In this document: positions 19,000 to 24,183 of the stretch, in pieces | How positions within the stretch are numbered: position 1 is the stretch's first letter | Layout of the letters: every line of letters begins with the position of its first letter | IMG/VR virus record: IMGVR_UViG_3300030376_003158 | Coordinates: 1 to 39,499 of that record | Source of the DNA: a virus | Taxonomy: Duplodnaviria; Caudoviricetes | DNA: 39,499 bases | Reading direction: 5' to 3' (one strand) | Notes under the pieces: model-generated | Seen by the model: the letters and a program-made list of their open reading frames with translations, nothing else | What the model was told of the DNA's origin: nothing | Databases searched by the model: none | Made by a program: the position numbers and the translations under genes

Positions 19000-19004
19000 T
19001 GACA

Positions 19005-19193
19005 TCACGCTGTCAACTCCTGAACAACATGTACATCTGGCGTTTGTTCTGTTAGCTCTGGCTCAAAGGGTAGGCAGTACTTTTCGGGGTCGTGTTCTAC
19101 CATGTAGACTGCCCGCTCTGCGTTCTCTGCCTCAACCTCTGCCACCTCGTCTGAACAGAAATTGCGTGTGTAATAAACTTCAAACTTTGGCAT
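19005..19193 (-). CDS. Hypothetical acidic protein
   Basis: MPKFEVYYT...VEVEAENAERA pattern typical of small phage early proteins. Confidence 0.6.
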   Translation of the reverse strand: MPKFEVYYTRNFCSDEVAEVEAENAERAVYMVEHDPEKYCLPFEPELTEQTPDVHVVQELTA

Positions 19194-19196
19194 GTT

Positions 19197-19580
19197 CTAG
19201 CTCTTCTCAATTCTTGACATGTGCTCGTCAATTACTTGCACTATAACTTGCTCGCCTAAGATGAATACGTACATGTTAACGAGTCTTTCCGGCTCTTCCA
19301 TGTAGGTAAATGTTTCACCATAGTTGTCTAGCTCATAGTCTTTTACAGTTTGTATTACATCAAATACATTCTCTGCAGATTCTAGCCATTCAATAGCTTT
19401 GTATCTTCCGATAATGTAGTAATCGGTGTTAAACAGTTCGTGATGTGCCTCACTGTAGTCACCGTCTTCGGGATTAAAGAATGATAGAGAACCGTCTTGC
19501 GGGTCTGCGTAATCAAGTATGCGTTCTTCTGCATACGCTCTAACCTCTTCTGTCTTGTTGTACTCAAAGGTACTAGTCAT
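19197..19580 (-). CDS. Putative Ocr-like antirestriction (DNA-mimic) protein
   Basis: Acidic helical 127 aa with HHELFNTDYYIIG..A.EWL and PERLVNMYVFILGE, recalled from phage antirestriction-annotated proteins. Confidence 0.55.
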   Translation of the reverse strand: MTSTFEYNKTEEVRAYAEERILDYADPQDGSLSFFNPEDGDYSEAHHELFNTDYYIIGRYKAIEWLESAENVFDVIQTVKDYELDNYGETFTYMEEPERLVNMYVFILGEQVIVQVIDEHMSRIEKS

Positions 19581-20542
19581 GCTATCTCCTGTTCATGGTA
19601 TGTAAATTTGTTTTCATTAATTAGTGACACAAGCGTGTCAACTTCTTGTGGGAACTCAACGTGATCATCATCTAATGCCATGAGATAATCATTGGTTGCC
19701 AGTAAATCTTCGTCCTTGTCAGTAGCTACACCGGCATAGTCTAGTAAGCCAACCATAACTCCGAGTGTGAGTTCAGACCAGACCCGAACATGTGGCACTA
19801 AGAAATCCACTTGGTCCTCGTACTTCTTAGGACCGAATACTCGTATCTGGTATTCGTTGCTCTCTGGTGTCTTCGGTGGGAAGACAGTAAAGACTTTAGG
19901 CTGTGTTCTTGGGGTAGAACGAGGGGCAACGGGGCGACCCTTGTTAATTGGTAAATCTGACATGAGCATGTCAAGTTCTTTCTTATATAGTTCCCGTGTT
20001 TTATCTGTGATGCAAACATTAGAGAACCCGATTGTTACATCTGGTACTAACTTGAGGACTTCCTCGCCTTGCTTATTAATAGTCATTCGGTAGTTCTGCG
20101 GGTCGTCATAGGTTAGCGATAACTCTTCTGCTATATGCACGAACTTCTTATTGTGGTAGCGGTTCTGTCTTGTCGTCTCCTTGATGCCTCGCACGGCACA
20201 TAGAGCGTGTACTGCCTCATGTAGCACCGTCTGCAGTACTTGAAGAGGACCACGAGAGAGGCAGTCACCGCTAATATTGATCTCATGAACGGCGTCCTCT
20301 GGTGAACAGATAGTGCCGTTATCAAATGCACCTCGTAAGAAATGACCAAGAACAATAGAATTGCCCTTGCGTCCGTTCTGCTTGATGGTGAATGAAACGT
20401 TAGCGGGAAGATCGGGTGTCAACTCTCTTGCACGTTGGTACACACGCTCTAAACACTGCACCGCCTCACTTCCATACGTTGCATTAACTGTTCTTATGTA
20501 TTTGTACTGTGTTGAATTATCCGGTGTTATTGTTAGTAACAT
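19577..20542 (-). CDS. SprT-like zinc metalloprotease domain protein
   Basis: VLHEAVH (HExxH) followed by RYHNKKF third-ligand motif; AAGGAG SD. Confidence 0.75.
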   Translation of the reverse strand: MLLTITPDNSTQYKYIRTVNATYGSEAVQCLERVYQRARELTPDLPANVSFTIKQNGRKGNSIVLGHFLRGAFDNGTICSPEDAVHEINISGDCLSRGPLQVLQTVLHEAVHALCAVRGIKETTRQNRYHNKKFVHIAEELSLTYDDPQNYRMTINKQGEEVLKLVPDVTIGFSNVCITDKTRELYKKELDMLMSDLPINKGRPVAPRSTPRTQPKVFTVFPPKTPESNEYQIRVFGPKKYEDQVDFLVPHVRVWSELTLGVMVGLLDYAGVATDKDEDLLATNDYLMALDDDHVEFPQEVDTLVSLINENKFTYHEQEIA

Positions 20543-20579
20543 GGCAGGCTCTCCTTTGCTTGGGGAATCGGTACTACGT

Positions 20580-20604
20580 ACACTAGCACAGATGTATACC
20601 GTTT
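20580..20604 (-). promoter_or_regulatory. Leftward early promoter (extended -10)
   Basis: AAACGGTATACATCTGTGCTAGTGT, colinear with 21701-21725. Confidence 0.6.
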
Positions 20605-20693
20605 TAGTTTATTTAACGATAAACAGCGAAATTAACGGTGCCTACAACGATTATCGCTGTTGCATCACCGCTACCGCAACGCCGATTCAAATA

Positions 20694-20729
20694 TGACACG
20701 CCCGTGTCAAACATGACATTCGGGTGTCA
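20694..20729. promoter_or_regulatory. Tandem TGACA-N6-TGTCA palindromes
   Basis: 20694-20709 and 20714-20729; further copies at 29239 and 36866. Confidence 0.6.
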
Positions 20730-20762
20730 TTTATTTGAGGAACGCCGACGCCACCGAAAGTT

Positions 20763-20777
20763 CGCCACCGCAGCGCT
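20763..20777 (+). repeat. 15-mer cassette-boundary repeat, copy 1
   Basis: CGCCACCGCAGCGCT. Confidence 0.85.
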
Positions 20778-20803
20778 TGGACCTTTACTTTTTTAGTAAA
20801 TAT

Positions 20804-20838
20804 AAAAACCCCCACCCTCCGGAGAGGGCAGGGGCTTT
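20804..20838 (-). terminator. Intrinsic terminator, leftward
   Basis: Minus strand GCCCCTGCCCTC-TCCG-GAGGGTGGGGGT followed by TTTT, just after the 20844 stop. Confidence 0.75.
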
Positions 20839-20843
20839 GTTTG

Positions 20844-20987
20844 TTATGTGTCGTAACGATCACAGCTATTGCATTTGTGTTGCATATCGTATATAGGCCA
20901 GCCATCATCATCGTGTGATGGACCGTCTTCCATATCGTTAGTCCATTCTAATTCACAGATTTGGCATCGCTTGAATTTGCTAGTCAT
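20844..20987 (-). CDS. 47-aa CxxC...CxxC zinc-ribbon microprotein; not in ORF track
   Basis: MTSKFKRCQICELEW...HKCNSCDRYDT; SD AAAGGAGGT. Confidence 0.7.
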   Translation of the reverse strand: MTSKFKRCQICELEWTNDMEDGPSHDDDGWPIYDMQHKCNSCDRYDT

Positions 20988-21033
20988 AGTTACCTCCTTT
21001 CGTTAGCTGGGGGGCATTGCACCCCCCTGCTGG

Positions 21034-21312
21034 CTACCTTAACGGTTCCAGTGCTAGTAACACCTGCATTGATGGTATCTGTCTAGACGGGTGCCTAGGG
21101 TCATTTTCCATCTCATCTATCTCCGCAATAAATGCGTCATAGAATCTGCGGTAGTCAAACCTGTCGTTGTCCGCATAGCACATGTCGGCTATGGATTCAA
21201 CAACGGGCACTATGTTGGCTAGCTGTTTCGCTAGAGCCTTGGAGCCGTAAGGCTTCGTTGGCTTGGCTAGTGCTTCGGCTAGTGCTTGATAGTGTTTCCT
21301 GCTCATTCCCAT
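21034..21312 (-). CDS. Hypothetical phage early protein
   Basis: MSRKHYQALA...DNDRFDYRRFYDA, a pattern common in small phage proteins; AAGGAGG SD. Confidence 0.75.
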   Translation of the reverse strand: MGMSRKHYQALAEALAKPTKPYGSKALAKQLANIVPVVESIADMCYADNDRFDYRRFYDAFIAEIDEMENDPRHPSRQIPSMQVLLALEPLR

Positions 21313-21342
21313 AGTCCCTCCTTCCTTAGGGCTAGTGGTTCT

Positions 21343-21386
21343 TCCCCCATTCTGTTGCCAACTCTAGGGGATTGAGTCCGAGTCTT
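21343..21386 (-). ncRNA. Candidate pseudoknot RNA motif, copy A
   Basis: AAGACUCGG-ACUC-AAUCCCCUA-GAGU-UGGCAACAGAA-U-GGGGGA. Confidence 0.6.
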
Positions 21387-21429
21387 GCGGAGCCTTTACA
21401 CTTGCGCTACTCCCTCACTCTTGCATTGA

Positions 21430-21669
21430 TTAGCCCTGTTGTAGTATGTCGGCTAGCATTCGTAATATTTCTACTGCGACTGCTTTAGCGTCTACCACTT
21501 CATGACGGTCATCAAGTTGGATTGCTACTTCGTCCTTGATGAGATCCGTAAGACCATCAATGTCGTCAACGTCAATATCAAAGTATGCTTCGGCAGTATT
21601 AACAGTTACATCCGTAACTTCTACTTCTACTTCTACTTCAACACAATCGTCAAGATTGATGTAAGGCAT
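21430..21669 (-). CDS. Highly acidic hypothetical protein
   Basis: GAGGAGG SD; VEVEVEV tract; first gene after promoter 21701-21725. Confidence 0.7.
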   Translation of the reverse strand: MPYINLDDCVEVEVEVEVTDVTVNTAEAYFDIDVDDIDGLTDLIKDEVAIQLDDRHEVVDAKAVAVEILRMLADILQQG

Positions 21670-21700
21670 ATATTTTTCCTCCTCTCTTTGCTATATACCG

Positions 21701-21725
21701 ATTGTAGCACATATATATACCGTTT
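21701..21725 (-). promoter_or_regulatory. Leftward early promoter (extended -10 TGC-TACAAT)
   Basis: AAACGGTATATATATGTGCTACAAT. Confidence 0.7.
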
Positions 21726-21728
21726 ACC

Positions 21729-21748
21729 TGTGGATAACCTGTGGATTT
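21729..21748. promoter_or_regulatory. Tandem DnaA boxes
   Basis: TGTGGATAA (perfect TTATCCACA) at 21729-21737 and TGTGGATTT at 21740-21748. Confidence 0.55.
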
Positions 21749-21861
21749 CGTGTTTTTTAGAATTTCTTTTGTCTGCAATTCAAGGGCTTATTTAATGACA
21801 CACATTAAATCAACTTGCTGTTTGTCTACCAAATGGTAGAGAGATAGTGCCCCAACATGTC

Positions 21862-21876
21862 CGCCGCCGCAGCGCT
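21862..21876 (+). repeat. 15-mer cassette-boundary repeat, copy 2
   Basis: CGCCGCCGCAGCGCT. Confidence 0.85.
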
Positions 21877-21994
21877 GAGACTTCTCTAATACATAGACCT
21901 TGTATTTTGCTGTATTTGTGTTACATTTGTGTTACAATCCCACCGTTAAAATCGCTGTTCTTGATGCGATTATCGTCTTTTTTGTGGTAGGTGG

Positions 21995-22022
21995 TTGACT
22001 CTCTATATATATGGGCTACATT
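21995..22022 (+). promoter_or_regulatory. Rightward sigma70-type promoter
   Basis: TTGACT-N16-TACATT upstream of SD AAGGAGG and ATG 22059. Confidence 0.5.
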
Positions 22023-22058
22023 GAGAACTCAACCTATTAACTGCGAAGGAGGCAGATA

Positions 22059-22466
22059 ATGCTAGATATATACAACCATCAAGTGGCTGAGGGGGTGTAT
22101 TCAGAGTATGAGCGTGTGCCGTCATTTATGACAGAGGAGCACAGTGGAGGCGCCCTAATAGAGATGGGTGACTTGTGCATAGCCCACTACTGTGATTGGG
22201 AACCCTACTCTCTGTGCTACTACACGGGCAGTATGAGAGACACCCATTACAACCCATCACATAGGTGGTATTACTTCAAGACAATTCAAGGCGGTTACAC
22301 CTCATGGAACCCGCACAGAATACTATCAATGAAAAGAGTGATGGCTAGACCCGACTATCACGTGCACGAGGCTATCTCAGAGCGTGCCTCATGGGTCCTG
22401 CCTAAGTCTGGCAGGTTCAGCTTAGCCAATGCTGAAGCGTGGGTACACGAGTACCTTACAAGCTAA
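22059..22466 (+). CDS. Hypothetical Tyr/His/Trp-rich protein, lone rightward gene in the early region
   Basis: AAGGAGG SD, own promoter and terminator. Confidence 0.75.
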   Translation: MLDIYNHQVAEGVYSEYERVPSFMTEEHSGGALIEMGDLCIAHYCDWEPYSLCYYTGSMRDTHYNPSHRWYYFKTIQGGYTSWNPHRILSMKRVMARPDYHVHEAISERASWVLPKSGRFSLANAEAWVHEYLTS

Positions 22467-22470
22467 CTAC

Positions 22471-22516
22471 AAGCGTCTCCCGTCTACTACATGGTAGGCG
22501 GGGGCGCTTCTTTTTT
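22471..22516 (+). terminator. Intrinsic terminator, rightward
   Basis: AAGCGTCTCCCGTCTAC...GTAGGCGGGGGCGCTT stem then CTTTTTT. Confidence 0.8.
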
Positions 22517-22531
22517 CGCCGCCGCAGCGCT
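22517..22531 (+). repeat. 15-mer cassette-boundary repeat, copy 3
   Basis: CGCCGCCGCAGCGCT, extended by CAGATC as in copy 4. Confidence 0.85.
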
Positions 22532-22565
22532 CAGATCCCCCTATTCTTGGGCTAAAAGAAAAAGT

Positions 22566-22613
22566 CCTTTCTCCCCTTTTTCTGTTGCCAAGGTGGGGAA
22601 CCTCCGAGTCTTA
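22566..22613 (-). ncRNA. Candidate pseudoknot RNA motif, copy B
   Basis: AAGACUCGG-AGGU-UCCCC-ACCU-UGGCAACAGAA-AAA-GGGGA. Confidence 0.6.
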
Positions 22614-22632
22614 GTCAGTATCCTCTAGGTTG

Positions 22633-22884
22633 TCAGTCTAGAGGGGCTGGCCCGTAGCCAACAAACTTACTTTCGTAAGCTTGATGACCAGCCACTTCGT
22701 TGTCACAGTAGTGACCCCAGAAGCAACTGTAGGTAACGCCGTCTTCGCTGGCTATGTGCCAAGCTACAAACGGATCGTTAGTGCTAAAGTGTGCTAGCAC
22801 CTTGCCGATGAACTTTTGTTCACCTGCCCTACCGTAACCAATTTCACAACGAATTACCGTTGCGCCATTTGATAGTGTAATCAT
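22633..22884 (-). CDS. Hypothetical protein; start revised to 22884
   Basis: MITLSNGATVI...PFVAW...CFWGHY; SD GGAAGGAG. Confidence 0.7.
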   Translation of the reverse strand: MITLSNGATVIRCEIGYGRAGEQKFIGKVLAHFSTNDPFVAWHIASEDGVTYSCFWGHYCDNEVAGHQAYESKFVGYGPAPLD

Positions 22885-23093
22885 GCGCTGTCTCTCCTTC
22901 CTACCACTGGCTTGAGCTATGTGGTGTCCTCTTTGCATGCCCCTATTATATACCCTTTAGCCCAACTGATCGCCGTCAATTTCGCTGTTCTCACCGTCAA
23001 TTTCGTTGTACCCCTACATATAAGGCTATATATGGGTAGATCTGAGATATCTTTAATCTGGTCAAGGTGACTAGTGGCAAGCCCAAAATACCA

Positions 23094-23108
23094 CGCCACC
23101 GCAGCGCT
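23094..23108 (+). repeat. 15-mer cassette-boundary repeat, copy 4
   Basis: CGCCACCGCAGCGCT followed by CAGATC. Confidence 0.85.
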
Positions 23109-23130
23109 CAGATCTCTCAGTGTTTAGGAC

Positions 23131-23160
23131 AAGAAAACCCCACCCTTTCGGGTGAGGCTT
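23131..23160 (-). terminator. Intrinsic terminator, leftward
   Basis: Minus strand GCCTCACCC-GAAA-GGGTGGGGT then TTTCTT. Confidence 0.8.
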
Positions 23161-23166
23161 CCTGTC

Positions 23167-23292
23167 TTAGTGCACGTGTCTGGCACCGTCTGGGATTATT
23201 CCCAGTGCTAGCCCTAGTGCGGCTACGGATGCTAGCGTCATAAACACTAGCCACACTGTGTCATTGTTCATTATGTCTATTAGCTTCTTCAT
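23167..23292 (-). CDS. 41-aa single-TM microprotein; not in ORF track
   Basis: MKKLIDIMNNDTVWLVFMTLASVAALGLALGIIPDGARHVH; SD AAGGAAG; terminator follows. Confidence 0.6.
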   Translation of the reverse strand: MKKLIDIMNNDTVWLVFMTLASVAALGLALGIIPDGARHVH

Positions 23293-23301
23293 ATACTCAC
23301 T

Positions 23302-23351
23302 TCCTTTCTCCCCCTGTTCTGTTGCCAAGTCGGGGGCGACTCCGAGTCTTA
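23302..23351 (-). ncRNA. Candidate pseudoknot RNA motif, copy C
   Basis: AAGACUCGG-AGUC-GCCCCC-GACU-UGGCAACAGAA-CA-GGGGG. Confidence 0.6.
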
Positions 23352-23371
23352 CTCATTTGCCAGCTCTGGAC

Positions 23372-23575
23372 CTACCTCTTGAAGGTCATGCCCAGCACTT
23401 GTTGCCCGTAGGCTACAAGATACTGTTGCGTGACATCCACTAGATCCTCATCACTGAGGGACGAACCGTTTCGTTCCTCAAATGCTTCAGAGCCAAGCAT
23501 ACGGAACACAGTGTTCGGATGTGCTTCTTGCTTAAGAGCCATCTTTAGCACTGCATTTAGTTGCTGTCTTGTCAT
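23372..23575 (-). CDS. Hypothetical protein, first gene of the leftward arm; start revised to 23575
   Basis: SD AAGGAGGT before ATG 23575. Confidence 0.7.
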   Translation of the reverse strand: MTRQQLNAVLKMALKQEAHPNTVFRMLGSEAFEERNGSSLSDEDLVDVTQQYLVAYGQQVLGMTFKR

Positions 23576-23598
23576 CTGATTACCTCCTTCCAATATCT

Positions 23599-23627
23599 AA
23601 CGTAGATCATGAATGTATACCTGTCAA
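23599..23627 (-). promoter_or_regulatory. Leftward sigma70-type promoter
   Basis: TTGACA-N17-TACGTT with GGTATA in the spacer. Confidence 0.65.
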
Positions 23628-23856
23628 ATTGGAGAGAGATTTTTTTAGGTCTCTGACCTGCACAAATAGAATTTTTTGAAATTAATTTTTGAAATTGTTT
23701 TTTATATATAGAGGCGATTGTTTATTTAATGACCATTGAGTTAATTAATGACATACATTAATACGGGGGGCACCCCCCTTGGTGGGGGTGGCTATATTAT
23801 TACCCGTCTTTTTCTGGAAAATGCAAACACCTAAAGGTGCCGATATACCGTTTGAA

Positions 23857-23867
23857 TGTGTTACACT
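23857..23867 (+). promoter_or_regulatory. Rightward extended -10 promoter of the packaging operon
   Basis: TGTGT-TACACT upstream of SD GAAAGGA and ATG 23896. Confidence 0.55.
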
Positions 23868-23895
23868 TAATTGATAGCTATTTTGAAAGGAAACA

Positions 23896-24183
23896 ATGGC
23901 ACTTAAAGGTGATGATGTAACGGTTGCAGCTTCTGCTACTTTGCTATTTACTGCTACGTCCGCTGCATCTGCTACGAACCCCCAAAAGATTATTATTCAG
24001 AACAACACGAGCACTGTATGTACGGTTGGCGCTTCTGATGTAGCTGCAGCTTCTAATGGTATTGTGCTTCCGGCTAGTGGAAATAACAAGGTAGAACTAA
24101 ACTTAACTCAGCCTGCTGAGGAAGTCTACGCTATTTCTTCTTCCGGTAACATATCTATACAGTATTTAGTTGACAACGTGTGA
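23896..24183 (+). CDS. Small beta-rich protein, possible virion component
   Basis: A/T/S-rich, IIIQNN...VYAIS pattern; coupled to TerL. Confidence 0.6.
   Translation: MALKGDDVTVAASATLLFTATSAASATNPQKIIIQNNTSTVCTVGASDVAAASNGIVLPASGNNKVELNLTQPAEEVYAISSSGNISIQYLVDNV

Noticed and set aside
18781-19008. N-terminal 76 aa of the tracked 132-aa ORF
   Set aside because: Coincides with the 30-bp inverted repeat and repeats; a promoter-like element precedes the internal ATG 18780
22021-22032. TTGAGAACTCAA as actinobacterial rrn boxA-like antiterminator
   Set aside because: It overlaps the predicted -10 and start site so would not be fully transcribed; single copy
20763-23108. 15-mer repeats as a CRISPR array
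   Set aside because: Spacing is 570-1100 bp with genes between; repeats too short; the Cas4-like gene is a typical replication-module nuclease
21343-23351. Pseudoknot motif as an HDV-like/theta, twister or pistol ribozyme, or SAH riboswitch
   Set aside because: GGCAACA and CCCC/GGGG recall HDV but there is no room for P3/L3; twister P2 and pistol cores are not found; SAH-like words occur in separate elements and the wrong order
23741-23761. dif (XerCD) site
   Set aside because: Reverse strand shares TAATGTAT but lacks the TTATGTTAAAT XerD arm; kept only as an unexplained repeat
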